Positions 8,762-18,660 of a stretch of 59,773 bases of DNA are shown here, one piece after another (position 1 is the stretch's first letter; every line of letters begins with the position of its first letter). The stretch spans positions 1 to 59,773 of IMG/VR virus record IMGVR_UViG_3300014656_000030; one strand, 5' to 3'. Below the pieces are notes generated by a model. That model made no database searches. It was not told the origin of the DNA and worked only from the letters and a program-made list of their open reading frames with translations. The stretch comes from a virus. Lineage: Duplodnaviria > Caudoviricetes. The position numbers and the translations under genes are program-made.

Positions 8762-9800
8762 AACAAGAGTAAGCGCGACAAAGAAGCTCAGCGAACAGAT
8801 GAAAGATAGATACGCAAATATCCGTCCGGAACTTGACAGTGACCTTGGCCCAATGATAAGCACCGGCTCAACGTTGTTAGACCTTGCCATATCTGGTACC
8901 CGCATTAGGGGTGGCGGAATTTCTGGTGGCATCCTTATGGAAATGTCAGGACAGCCAAGCACCGGTAAAACGGTTATGCTCTGCGAAATAGCTGGTGCGG
9001 TAAAGCGCCAGGGTGGTGAGCACCTATTCTACGACCCAGAAGGACGGCTGAACAAACAGTTCGCTAAGATGTTCGGTCTCGATATTCAAGATGAAGATTA
9101 CAGTATGCCGGACACGATACCACAACTGTTTGAACCGATAAGAAAGTGGGAGCCAGAACCGCAGGATTCTGTACACGGAATATTCGCCGACTCGCTTGCG
9201 GCGCTTTCCACAAAGATGGAGATGGAAGGTGAAGATAAATATGGAATGCGAAGGGCGAAGGAGTTCAGCGAACAGATGCGTAAGACTTGTCGCGTGATTA
9301 AAAACAAAGGTTTCCTGATGGTCTGTTCAAATCAGGTACGAGAAAACACCGCCGCTGGACCTTATGGCGAAAAAGATATAACTCCTGGTGGCAGGGCCAT
9401 ACCATTCTATTCCAGTTTGCGATTAAGATTTCGCGGTTCAGGAACCAAGCTGAAGGAAGAACAAAAGATACATGGTAAGACGCATAAGCGTGTTATCGGA
9501 GTTGAAGTTACCGCATACATCTCTAAGAATTCGCTGGATAAGCCGTTCAGAGAGGCACCGATAACCATCCTGTATGACTATGGTATCGACGATATACGGC
9601 AGAACCTCCAGTTCATTAAAAGTATAAAAGGTGATAAGATATATTCGGTTGGAGGGACATCGCTTGGCATATCGATGGATGGGGCCATAAAAGCCATTGA
9701 AGATGATAATCTTGAGGATACCGTTAGAAATGAAACGATAGATTTGTGGGAAGAGGTGGAACGCAAGTTTGTTAAGGATAGAAAGCCGAAGGTGAGATAG
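8754..9800 (+). CDS. recA: RecA/UvsX-like recombinase
   Basis: ISTGS..LD, GQPSTGKT, DPE, DSLAAL, NQVR, TPGGRAIPFYSSLR. Confidence 0.93.
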   Translation: MTRTRVSATKKLSEQMKDRYANIRPELDSDLGPMISTGSTLLDLAISGTRIRGGGISGGILMEMSGQPSTGKTVMLCEIAGAVKRQGGEHLFYDPEGRLNKQFAKMFGLDIQDEDYSMPDTIPQLFEPIRKWEPEPQDSVHGIFADSLAALSTKMEMEGEDKYGMRRAKEFSEQMRKTCRVIKNKGFLMVCSNQVRENTAAGPYGEKDITPGGRAIPFYSSLRLRFRGSGTKLKEEQKIHGKTHKRVIGVEVTAYISKNSLDKPFREAPITILYDYGIDDIRQNLQFIKSIKGDKIYSVGGTSLGISMDGAIKAIEDDNLEDTVRNETIDLWEEVERKFVKDRKPKVR

Positions 9801-9810
9801 GAGTCTTAGA

Positions 9811-10356
9811 ATGGAAAGAACACGGACAAAAACTGAAAGAAAGAAACCGCGCATAAAGGTATCCTCTGCCAAGGCCAAGGGGCGTGAGTTTCAGCAGTGG
9901 GTCGGACGACAGATATCAATAATCACTGGTTATAAATTCGGAAAGGATTGCCCGATAGAATCCCGCCCGATGGGACAGAGCGGCGTAGATGTACGAATGG
10001 AAGAACGTGTGCTGAATATGTTTCCTTTTTCTGTGGAATGTAAGCGTCAGGAAAACTGGTCTGTGCCAGCGTGGATTGAACAGGCCGCCAGGAATCAGCT
10101 ACCGAACACCGACTGGCTCCTGTTCATGCGCAGGAGTAGGACTCCAGCGGTGGTAACGATGGATGCGCTGGCATTCTTCAGACTCATTGGCAGCGGTATC
10201 AGGCTTGAGGATAACAACGGCGGCGACGTTATAGAAATAATGCCAAATGGTAACGGCGGGTATTCAATGACGATATGTCAATCATGCGTTCGAATATTTG
10301 AATCGGAAGGCACTATAAGCTCTATTATATCTGACTTGAAGGAGAATATACTATGA
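9811..10356 (+). CDS. Holliday junction resolvase (PD-(D/E)xK)
   Basis: AKAKGREFQ, MGQSGVDV, FSVECK. Confidence 0.8.
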   Translation: MERTRTKTERKKPRIKVSSAKAKGREFQQWVGRQISIITGYKFGKDCPIESRPMGQSGVDVRMEERVLNMFPFSVECKRQENWSVPAWIEQAARNQLPNTDWLLFMRRSRTPAVVTMDALAFFRLIGSGIRLEDNNGGDVIEIMPNGNGGYSMTICQSCVRIFESEGTISSIISDLKENIL

Positions 10357-10565
10357 GCACAGACGCCTACAAGATGTATATCAGTTATGACAAAGGCAAG
10401 ACATATGTTTGTGAATATATCGTCGATGACGTGGAAGAGATTAAAGACTTAATTCGTGCATTTGAGCGTAGGAAGATGGTTGTGGATTTCTACGTCAAGC
10501 ATAAAGGTAAGACGATTACAGTCAGTCCGTATTCTAAGAAAAAGGCGGATAAAGCAACACCCTGA
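10353..10565 (+). CDS. Hypothetical protein
   Basis: AGGAG RBS, coupled ORF. Confidence 0.55.
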   Translation: MSTDAYKMYISYDKGKTYVCEYIVDDVEEIKDLIRAFERRKMVVDFYVKHKGKTITVSPYSKKKADKATP

Positions 10566-10571
10566 AAAGCT

Positions 10572-11639
10572 ATGTTAGAATCTATACAAATAAAGAACTT
10601 CCAGAGCCATAATGACACCGAGATAGAATTGTCAGAAGGTGTTAACGTATTCATCGGCCTATCGAGCGCAGGTAAGAGCGCCATAATGAGAGCCATACGG
10701 TGGCTGAGGAATAATAGGCCGGGAGGTGAATCATTTCGCTCTAACTGGGGCGGCACCACGACTGCACGCATTATATTGAACGACAAGGATGAAACAACAA
10801 TAAGCCGTATAAGAAGCGATAAATCCAACGAATATCTATTAGATGATATTATCGTATCACCTATACGATTCAAAGCCATCGGAACGGATGTTCCAGAAGA
10901 GATTCAGAAGGCGCTCCGTATAGACGACATATGTGTACAGGGCCAGCATGACCGCCACTTTCTGCTCAGCGAAAGCCCCGGAGAAGTCGCCCGTCACTTT
11001 AACGAAGTTGCTCATATTGAAGTGATAGACGTCGCTCTGAAAAACATACAGAGCAATATACGGACGATAGATGCTGATATCTGCGACCATAAAATAAACA
11101 TAGATGCGCTCACCGAAGAGCTTGATGACTACATCCAACTACCAAGTATCGAAGAAGAGGTTGTTAAGGCGGAAAGTATTGAGTGCGAAGTACAGACTGT
11201 AACCGAAGGTATAAAGAAGATAACAGCATTGATGTTTACCTTCAACGAGGCTGAAGCGGGTATATTATACAGAAATAACTTTATTCTGGCAGCTTCTTAC
11301 GTCGACAAAGCCCTCGGCATATTCGAACGTATAGGCTTAATAGAAGCAGATGCGCTGACGCTTAGGAGACTGACGGAACAATATGAAGCGACAGAAGGAG
11401 CGATACGCGACAGGAACAACTTTATCCTAGCATCTCCAACAGTAGATAAGGCGCTCGACGTGTATAAGCACATAAGCGCGATACATTCGAGCATCCTGAA
11501 GCTCAAGAGAACGATTGAAGCGCACGAAGAAGTTGAAGGTGAGATACATATAGGAAAAAGAAACGTAGAAGACCTTCAGGCAGAACTGAATGCAAACTTC
11601 CCTGACATATGCCCGCTCTGTGAACAGGAGATAAAATAA
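10572..11639 (+). CDS. Rad50/SbcC-like ATPase, N-terminal half ending at zinc hook
   Basis: IKNFQSH, GLSSAGKS Walker A, Q-loop, coiled coil, terminal CPLC. Confidence 0.88.
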   Translation: MLESIQIKNFQSHNDTEIELSEGVNVFIGLSSAGKSAIMRAIRWLRNNRPGGESFRSNWGGTTTARIILNDKDETTISRIRSDKSNEYLLDDIIVSPIRFKAIGTDVPEEIQKALRIDDICVQGQHDRHFLLSESPGEVARHFNEVAHIEVIDVALKNIQSNIRTIDADICDHKINIDALTEELDDYIQLPSIEEEVVKAESIECEVQTVTEGIKKITALMFTFNEAEAGILYRNNFILAASYVDKALGIFERIGLIEADALTLRRLTEQYEATEGAIRDRNNFILASPTVDKALDVYKHISAIHSSILKLKRTIEAHEEVEGEIHIGKRNVEDLQAELNANFPDICPLCEQEIK

Positions 11640-11860
11640 TGGAATTCTTTGAAATGAAAGATGAAGAAATATTGGAAGAGGACCAATTGGTGGTCATTGT
11701 TAATACTAATATGATACGAGCCTTTGATGCGCTAAAAGATTCGACTCCGGATGGTATATTTATCAAAGAGATTGAGGATGAAGATGAAGATGGTAATCCA
11801 ATATATGGCGGTATGGTTATACTATTGAACGAAATAGAATTCGCAAGGTCACAGAAATGA
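11639..11860 (+). CDS. Small acidic hypothetical protein
   Basis: Coupled ORF with RBS. Confidence 0.55.
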   Translation: MEFFEMKDEEILEEDQLVVIVNTNMIRAFDALKDSTPDGIFIKEIEDEDEDGNPIYGGMVILLNEIEFARSQK

Positions 11861-12747
11861 AACGGACTAGAACTAAGAAAATAGTTAATCCTCCATCGGC
11901 AATACTGACTTCCGACTGGCACCTGCGAGAAGATACACCAGAATGCCGAACGGACGACTTCTGGCAGAAACAGTGGGACAAGGTTCTTTTGACGCAGCGT
12001 CTATGTCTAGAATACCGTTGTCCTGTTATACATGCGGGAGACCTGTATAATCACTGGAAACCGTCTCCATTACTGCTGACTTACACTCTTCGATTTATAC
12101 CAGAAAACTTCTGGACCGTATACGGACAGCATGACCTTCCACAACACAATATGAATCTATCAGAAAAGTGCGGGATAGATACCTTGTTGGCATCCGAAAG
12201 CATATGCCTATGCAATAACGGTCACTTTAGTACCGAAACGAGTGGCGAAACCAATATAATACATTACGGAAAAAGTAAGATAGCCGTATGGCATAAACTC
12301 GTTTGGGAAAAGAATCCTCCCCACTGGGACACAGACGGGCTGACTGCGGAAAGGGTGCTGGCGGAACACCCTGAGTTTGATTTAATAGTGACTGGCGATA
12401 ACCATCAATCGTTTGTTGTTGAATACGAAGGGAGGTTGTTAGTAAATCCAGGTTCTCTGACACGCCAGTCTGCTGACCAAATCAACCATCGGCCCGCCGT
12501 GTTCCTGTGGTATGCGGAAGATAACTCCGTAGAGCCATACTATCTGCCGGTGAATCTGGATGATGTCACCCGCGAACATCTTGACGAGGTACATAAGAGG
12601 GATGACAGAATGGACGCATTTATATCCAGTATTAGCCAGGAATGGATTAGCGGATACAATTTCGAGCGCAACATTGAACGATTCTTCAGGAAGAACAAGG
12701 ATATCGATGTGAAGGTTAAAGAGATAATCCTAAAAGCGATGGAATAA
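11857..12747 (+). CDS. Mre11/SbcD-like metallophosphoesterase nuclease
   Basis: SDWH, AGD, GQHD, GDNH, NPGS. Confidence 0.92.
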   Translation: MKRTRTKKIVNPPSAILTSDWHLREDTPECRTDDFWQKQWDKVLLTQRLCLEYRCPVIHAGDLYNHWKPSPLLLTYTLRFIPENFWTVYGQHDLPQHNMNLSEKCGIDTLLASESICLCNNGHFSTETSGETNIIHYGKSKIAVWHKLVWEKNPPHWDTDGLTAERVLAEHPEFDLIVTGDNHQSFVVEYEGRLLVNPGSLTRQSADQINHRPAVFLWYAEDNSVEPYYLPVNLDDVTREHLDEVHKRDDRMDAFISSISQEWISGYNFERNIERFFRKNKDIDVKVKEIILKAME

Positions 12748-12847
12748 GTCAAATGATAATTGTTAAAATTGTATGCTATTATGGTTGTTCTGAACTTGGA
12801 GCGCCAAATACGTGGAGAAAATATGAAATTCTATAAGGAGAATAAAT

Positions 12848-13075
12848 ATGGATACAGATGAACTTATGGCATTGAAGAAGCGAATCGACGCCGCCAAGAC
12901 GGAGGTAGCCGAATTCGAAGGCAAGAAGAAACACGTCCTGCAGGAACTTAAAGACGACTGGAATGTGTCAACCATACCACAGGCGAAGAAAAAGCTCGGC
13001 GAGATGCGGAAGAACGTCAATAAGCTAGAAGACGAACTCGACGAACTTGTTACCAAGATAGAGGCCGCAATATGA
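12848..13075 (+). CDS. Small coiled-coil protein (possible Rad50 arm segment)
   Basis: Heptad pattern, AAGGAG RBS, directly upstream of Rad50 C-half. Confidence 0.6.
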   Translation: MDTDELMALKKRIDAAKTEVAEFEGKKKHVLQELKDDWNVSTIPQAKKKLGEMRKNVNKLEDELDELVTKIEAAI

Positions 13076-13701
13076 CGAAGGTATCAGAACTACGGCAGGT
13101 TCTAGAGCAACAGAAAGGCAAGCGGGACAGTGTTAAGGAACGGCTCGCCCAAACAAAGAAACATCTGTTGGAAGCGGAGAAGTCGTTGAAATTGTACGAA
13201 CAAGCGCGCGAGGTTACACGAGAAGTTGCGTTAAAGACTCAAGAAGGCTTACAGTACCATATCTCAGAGATAGTCACTCTAGCGATGAACGGCGTATTTG
13301 ATAAGCCGTACAAGCTCATCACAAGATTTGTTCAGCGACGAAACAAGACTGAGTGCGACCTTATATTCGAACGTGACGATGTAGAGTACAACCCAATGGA
13401 TGATACCGGAGGCGGTTCGCTTGATGTAGCGGCGTTCGCCCTACGTGTGGCGAGTTACACGATGAAAGCTCCGCGAGGTAACAACGTGCTAATACTCGAT
13501 GAACCATTCAAGCACCTTAAAGGACAGACTGAAAATAGGCGAGTCCTCGACATGGTGCATGAGATATCTGAACGGCTTAACATCCAGATAATTATGGTAA
13601 GTGACGAGCGCGTGTCAAGAGAAGACATAATAGATGCCGCAGATAAGGTATTTGAGGTCTCTATAAACAGAAAAGGTGTCAGTTCGGTGAAGGAATTATG
13701 A
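13072..13701 (+). CDS. Rad50/SbcC-like ATPase, C-terminal half
   Basis: Coiled coil, TGGG signature, LILDEP Walker B. Confidence 0.88.
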   Translation: MTKVSELRQVLEQQKGKRDSVKERLAQTKKHLLEAEKSLKLYEQAREVTREVALKTQEGLQYHISEIVTLAMNGVFDKPYKLITRFVQRRNKTECDLIFERDDVEYNPMDDTGGGSLDVAAFALRVASYTMKAPRGNNVLILDEPFKHLKGQTENRRVLDMVHEISERLNIQIIMVSDERVSREDIIDAADKVFEVSINRKGVSSVKEL

Positions 13702-13857
13702 GACCATTATGTGTTTTACATATTGGCAGTTATCGGATTGAATATTGCGTGGATGGCGATGTGTGGGTTGTGATTGATATAAAATCAAATACAGAAGTGG
13801 CATATAAACCTACAAGACAAGCCGCCATAAGGTTTTGTCAATCAACAGAAGGTCAAT

Positions 13858-14211
13858 ATGGATTATCCAAAGAATAAAGAAGACTGGTGGGAGTGGGCGG
13901 AAAAGTATTGGGACGATTTCTTTTATATTTTATGTAAGTATATCAACGTATATGCCGTAGCAACCGATGATACATATCAGGATGGAGCCTTGATTGGATG
14001 CACAATATTAGAGGATATTCTCAGATGCAAGAGAGAAAAAGACAAGAAGCTAGGCAGGTACTTTCAATCGGCATGGACAATGGCACCAGATAGTATTTGT
14101 ATTTATGACAATCCAAACTGGAGCAGATTCTGCGATATGTGTAGTGAAGAGCAAGTTCTATGGGAGGAGGATAAACATGCAGATACCAATAATGCGATGT
14201 CCAATATGTAA
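13858..14211 (+). CDS. Hypothetical protein
   Basis: ORF in co-oriented run. Confidence 0.6.
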   Translation: MDYPKNKEDWWEWAEKYWDDFFYILCKYINVYAVATDDTYQDGALIGCTILEDILRCKREKDKKLGRYFQSAWTMAPDSICIYDNPNWSRFCDMCSEEQVLWEEDKHADTNNAMSNM

Positions 14212-14401
14212 CTGCGAAATCAAGCATACCACCCTTCAAGAATCAGAGTCTAAGGGCGTCATTGAAATGACAAAGGCAGTGCCAACTTCATTTCCCACAG
14301 AAGGTAAAACATTAACAGTGGCAGTGTTCAACGCGAAGCGACAATGTCAATGTGGCGCCACAGTCGACGTGACAATAACAGGGATTAGGAAGGAGGGCTG
14401 A
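14177..14401 (+). CDS. Small zinc-ribbon protein
   Basis: GGAGG RBS; CPIC...CQC. Confidence 0.55.
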   Translation: MQIPIMRCPICNCEIKHTTLQESESKGVIEMTKAVPTSFPTEGKTLTVAVFNAKRQCQCGATVDVTITGIRKEG

Positions 14402-14402
14402 T

Positions 14403-14747
14403 ATGGACGAGAAAGAGCGGGAAGAACTGAAGGAGAAACTAAAAGATATTTGCGGGAATCAATGCGTTGAAGGCTTTGAATACGCATCAATCGACGCCAT
14501 GCTTGCCATTTTTGAGCCGTTGCTGGCCGAGAAGGACAAGGAGATTGCGCGGCTTGCTCACATTGAAGACTTGTGGAGCCGCGAGAACGCAATCATGAAG
14601 GCGGCCATTGAGCGCGCAACTAAGATGCTCATGGATGCGTTGACGTATAAGGATAAGCATGGAAACACGAAGCGCGCCTATAACGAGCTTATGGATGCCG
14701 AAGAACAGGTTATAGCTATGGAGGTGAATGAGAGTGCAAGACGGTGA
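14403..14747 (+). CDS. Hypothetical coiled-coil protein
   Basis: RBS; KDKEIARL motif. Confidence 0.6.
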   Translation: MDEKEREELKEKLKDICGNQCVEGFEYASIDAMLAIFEPLLAEKDKEIARLAHIEDLWSRENAIMKAAIERATKMLMDALTYKDKHGNTKRAYNELMDAEEQVIAMEVNESARR

Positions 14748-15252
14748 ATACACGAAGGAATATGTCGAGATGCAGCATAAACAGCTTGCCGCCAAGGACG
14801 CGGAGATAGAGCGGCTGAAAGAGGAAGTGAAGCAGTTGGAAGGGTTAGATGCCGATAACGCAGCTTGGGTTATCGCCCTCGCAGCAGAGTTACCAGAGGA
14901 AGTTTATAAAGATGTAAGAAATCGAGTAGGTGTCTTGTTTAACCAACTCCACGCCGCCGAGCAACGCATCAAGGAGCTTGAGCGCAAACTTACCCTCGTC
15001 AAAGAGCACGCCCTAATCAACTTCGACAATGACTTGCTTAAACTGGTTGACGCCAAGAATATGCCCGATAACTGGCACTGTCCAAGATGCAACGCCGCCA
15101 AACAGACGAGAATACGCTTGCGGGGATGGGAGCAGACACCGCCCAATAGGAATAAAGGCCACTTGGCGGCGTTCTATCTCGGACACGAAACAGCCAGAAG
15201 TGAAGTCCGCGCCATCCTCGACGGCGGAAAGGAGGGGGAAGATGAAGGTTAA
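14728..15252 (+). CDS. Hypothetical coiled-coil protein with CPRC
   Basis: GGAGG RBS; KDAEIERL motif. Confidence 0.6.
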   Translation: MRVQDGEYTKEYVEMQHKQLAAKDAEIERLKEEVKQLEGLDADNAAWVIALAAELPEEVYKDVRNRVGVLFNQLHAAEQRIKELERKLTLVKEHALINFDNDLLKLVDAKNMPDNWHCPRCNAAKQTRIRLRGWEQTPPNRNKGHLAAFYLGHETARSEVRAILDGGKEGEDEG

Positions 15253-15511
15253 GTGGAACCGCAAATGGGATGTCTACACAAAGTTTGACCGAAAACAGGG
15301 CTTGTGCCCACACTGCAACAGGGCATGTAAACAAATAAACATATGGAAAGAGATGGCTATTATTCAAGGTATATATTATCCCCCCTATATGTGGGAAATA
15401 ATAAATATCCCATCAAACCCAGGCGATGCTCCCTTGGCAATAGGGTGTAACAAAACATTGAGGGCCGCCAAACGCGCCTCGCTGAAGGCGGCCAAAGGAA
15501 AGGAGGAATAG
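15242..15511 (+). CDS. Hypothetical basic protein
   Basis: GGAGG RBS before ATG 15242. Confidence 0.55.
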   Translation: MKVKWNRKWDVYTKFDRKQGLCPHCNRACKQINIWKEMAIIQGIYYPPYMWEIINIPSNPGDAPLAIGCNKTLRAAKRASLKAAKGKEE

Positions 15512-15514
15512 GGG

Positions 15515-15742
15515 ATGGGGAGCCTTTATGAGCGCTTTCATTCAGGGGAAGAAGTAGAATGGCATCCAGAGGCGTTCTCGCAAGGAATGGAAGCATGTAT
15601 GCGAGGCTTTTCCTATAGTGATAGAGGCTGTAATCCATATACAGAAAACCGTGAAGGTTGGATGTATAAATCGTTTGTTGCTGGATGGACAGATGCGGAT
15701 ATGTGTCGTAATGAATGGGATAAGAAAGGAGACCCACAATGA
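15515..15742 (+). CDS. Rmf-like small protein
   Basis: AFSQG..ACMRG..CNPY..FVAGW pattern. Confidence 0.5.
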   Translation: MGSLYERFHSGEEVEWHPEAFSQGMEACMRGFSYSDRGCNPYTENREGWMYKSFVAGWTDADMCRNEWDKKGDPQ

Positions 15743-16080
15743 AAAAGCTACTCATCGCAGTTTTGTTCCTCGCGCTCATGCCGGTTGCGGCGTCGGCGGC
15801 AGACATTGGGATGGTTATATGGGATGCCAGCCCTGAGCCGGAAGTCGTCGGCTATCTCGTTGAATATTCCATAGACAGCGGAGCCACATGGAAATTACTG
15901 AATGTCACCGACAAAACATATATCGTAATGCCCAACGCTCCGAATGGGACGATTGCTCGCGTGAAAGCCGTCACCGACATCGGCTATGAATCTGTATGGA
16001 GTCCGCCATGCGATGCCAGAGTTATCACTATTCCCGCTCCGGTCAATAAGCCGTGGTGGAAACGCTGGCTTGGACTATAA
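15739..16080 (+). CDS. Secreted fibronectin-III-like protein
   Basis: Signal peptide (ASA), WDASPE..GYLVEY..VKAV..ESVWS. Confidence 0.65.
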   Translation: MKKLLIAVLFLALMPVAASAADIGMVIWDASPEPEVVGYLVEYSIDSGATWKLLNVTDKTYIVMPNAPNGTIARVKAVTDIGYESVWSPPCDARVITIPAPVNKPWWKRWLGL

Positions 16081-16156
16081 CATTTCGGGAAGTGGGGCCA
16101 AATGAGGGAGCCGAAACCATCCGTTCAGCGGCTCGGCCCCACACGCCCGTAGGAGG

Positions 16157-16645
16157 ATGATATATATGAAAGTAGAGCTTGAAGTGCTCTGCGACACAAT
16201 TCTCCACATAGGGGAAGTGCAAGAAGCTCTTGAGGTAATCGCAGGCGAACTGCGTCAACGCGGACTCGCGCATGACCGAACAAAGCTGCAGGAGCTTGAG
16301 TTTGATACTTTCGTTGAAACAAGACCAAAATTCAGAAAAGCCAATTACGGAACACCAGAATATCAGGAGTGTGTTGAACTCGCAAGGCCAGCCGTTGACC
16401 ACCATTACCAAAACAACCGTCACCATACGGGGTTTCACGAAAACGGAGTAAATGATATGAATCTAATTGACGTTATTGAAATGGTCTGTGACTGGAAGGC
16501 CGCCGCGAGGAGAAGCCCCGACAAGACATTAGAGGATACCCTTGAGTATGCCTTCAAGAAATACCAGATAGGCGAACAACTTGCGGGTATCATCAAGCAG
16601 ACACTCCGCGCCCTCGGTTGGCGCAAGGAGCAATCCGATGCCTGA
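16157..16645 (+). CDS. DUF5662-like HD-superfamily protein
   Basis: HDRTK, HHYQNNRHH, EMVCDW. Confidence 0.75.
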   Translation: MIYMKVELEVLCDTILHIGEVQEALEVIAGELRQRGLAHDRTKLQELEFDTFVETRPKFRKANYGTPEYQECVELARPAVDHHYQNNRHHTGFHENGVNDMNLIDVIEMVCDWKAAARRSPDKTLEDTLEYAFKKYQIGEQLAGIIKQTLRALGWRKEQSDA

Positions 16646-17045
16646 TTATGAATGCGCATGTATTGATGTAGACGTTGACGGTTCGCCGGGCTTTCATTCC
16701 GCAACAATGAGGATTGCCCGGAAACAACATAAGTGTTGCGAGTGTGGGCGCGTCATCGAGCCAAGAGAAAAATATGAATACGTTACAGGCAAGTGGGCGC
16801 GAGAAAGAAGCGTATATAAGACCTGCCCGGATTGTCTGTCAGTACGCGAAGCCTTCATGTGCGGCTCATATTATTACACGCAAGTATGGGAGTATGTGAA
16901 CGAACACTTGGTGGAGATGGGCGGTAAAATTGCGTCTGACTGCCTTCTCAGCCTAACCAAACGAGCGCGGGAACTAGCCTGCGACATGATACAGGAGATA
17001 TGGGACGAAGACGATTGGGAAAAGGAGGGGTATCCCGATGCCTGA
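16638..17045 (+). CDS. Cys-rich phage protein
   Basis: ARKQHKCCEC..I...EKY..YKTCPDC; AAGGAG RBS. Confidence 0.65.
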   Translation: MPDYECACIDVDVDGSPGFHSATMRIARKQHKCCECGRVIEPREKYEYVTGKWARERSVYKTCPDCLSVREAFMCGSYYYTQVWEYVNEHLVEMGGKIASDCLLSLTKRARELACDMIQEIWDEDDWEKEGYPDA

Positions 17046-17373
17046 GACAGAAACAGTCGAGACCATAGCCGCCGAGATTCTGGAGCGGTGGGGATGGAAG
17101 TTTGGCTACTGGAATTTACATATTGGTGGGTATGCATATTATATGAACAAACAACTCCACCAAATACGATGCTCAGAAAAACATGATAAACCCCTCGATG
17201 CCGCCCGTGCCGCCCGCGAATTCTGGCAGGAGCAGGAGCGGGAGAATCCGTTGCTGAAAGAGGCCGTGGAGATAATCCGCGAATATAGGGCGCATCAACC
17301 ATACCCAAAATACTGTGCAGAAAAACTGGACATCCAAGCCAACGCCTTCCTTGCGCGGATTAAGGAGGGCTAG
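17038..17373 (+). CDS. Hypothetical protein
   Basis: GGAGG RBS. Confidence 0.55.
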   Translation: MPETETVETIAAEILERWGWKFGYWNLHIGGYAYYMNKQLHQIRCSEKHDKPLDAARAAREFWQEQERENPLLKEAVEIIREYRAHQPYPKYCAEKLDIQANAFLARIKEG

Positions 17374-17543
17374 ATGAAAGGCCATAAAACGCTTGTCGCT
17401 CAAGGTCCTGACTGGGAACTTCTCAATGATGACAGAGATAATGAAGGACTATGGTTTAAAGACGAATCTGGCAACCTTACATTCTTAATATGGGATGAAA
17501 TTGAAGTGATATATCGGGCGGCTCAGAAAACCAAGGAGCGGAA

Positions 17544-17807
17544 ATGAAAACACACGATTTGAAGTGCTGGCCGATATATTTTCGGCCCATGCGAAGCGGC
17601 AATAAAACATTTGAAGTCCGCAAGAATGATAGAGGCTATCAACCGGGCGACCTCCTGGTCTTGCATGAGTGGGACCAGGCGACGCAAAGATATTCGGGAA
17701 ATCGGATAATTGCCGGTCCTGTGACATTTATAGGGTATGACCTGCCCGGCCTGCAAAATGGTTATGTCGCGATGTGCTTTGCGGAACTTCGATTCCTTGA
17801 TGCGTGA
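17544..17807 (+). CDS. ASCH/DUF3850 domain protein
   Basis: HDLKCWPIYF..GNKTFEVRKNDRGYQPGD.L.L.EW. Confidence 0.85.
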   Translation: MKTHDLKCWPIYFRPMRSGNKTFEVRKNDRGYQPGDLLVLHEWDQATQRYSGNRIIAGPVTFIGYDLPGLQNGYVAMCFAELRFLDA

Positions 17808-17843
17808 ATATTACATAATGAAGGATGGTAATATCGGCACTTA

Positions 17844-18167
17844 TTATTCTTCTCTGCCAGTTTTAATATGCCAGCTTTTGAAACCAATCCACGCACCCGG
17901 TGAAACTGGCACAGGCAGAACACCAGATATGTCAGCGCTACCAGTAATTGCATATTCTGTGTAATCAATCTCAATTTTTCTATTATAGACACCTTCTGAC
18001 TCAATCATTTTTCTAAGTTCAAAAACTGGACTAGTTCGCTTAGATGTCACCGTCTTAATAATTGTACCGTCGGACCGACTTTCAGTTACTGTAGTCGTCG
18101 CGCATCCGCAAAGTACGATAATAAAAAGTATGACAATATAAAATAAAAATGGGTCTTTCTTTTTCAT
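17844..18167 (-). CDS. Lipoprotein in lysis region
   Basis: Basic N-terminus, hydrophobic core, lipobox LCGC. Confidence 0.6.
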   Translation of the reverse strand: MKKKDPFLFYIVILFIIVLCGCATTTVTESRSDGTIIKTVTSKRTSPVFELRKMIESEGVYNRKIEIDYTEYAITGSADISGVLPVPVSPGAWIGFKSWHIKTGREE

Positions 18168-18655
18168 ACAGTATACACCTTTTCCTTTCTTCTATTAGCA
18201 GGATTAGCCGCGTAACCAGCCCCAAGACGCACACCAAGATACCAATACTCAGCCCTAAATAATCCCCACCATCGTAAGGGAACTCGATACCATTTAGCAT
18301 GAATATGTCTGACGTCCTCCTTTATCATCCTGCGAAGCTCCATATCAGCAAGCCGTCTATACATATCACGTTGTTTTGAAGTATAACCCGCATGTCCCTC
18401 ACGGATTGCTTGATACCATCCGTCATGACACAAAGGACCTCTAATAACAGTCTTCGTATCTATTGTAGGTCCAGAGGCCCCATCATAGGCATACCCCTTT
18501 TTAAAATGTAAAAGACTTCCAACCGATGCCCTAATAATTGAAAACCAACTCATCTCAACCTTATCCACACCATTAGGAAGACTTATAGTACTGGCGATAA
18601 AAACATCTCTAGTGAGTTGGCGCTTGTAACCGTCACGAAATCTTATGATTGGCAT
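18164..18655 (-). CDS. DUF1353-like protein
   Basis: GYAYDGAS..HDGWY..AD..Y.GVR. Confidence 0.7.
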   Translation of the reverse strand: MPIIRFRDGYKRQLTRDVFIASTISLPNGVDKVEMSWFSIIRASVGSLLHFKKGYAYDGASGPTIDTKTVIRGPLCHDGWYQAIREGHAGYTSKQRDMYRRLADMELRRMIKEDVRHIHAKWYRVPLRWWGLFRAEYWYLGVRLGAGYAANPANRRKEKVYTV

Positions 18656-18660
18656 CTACC

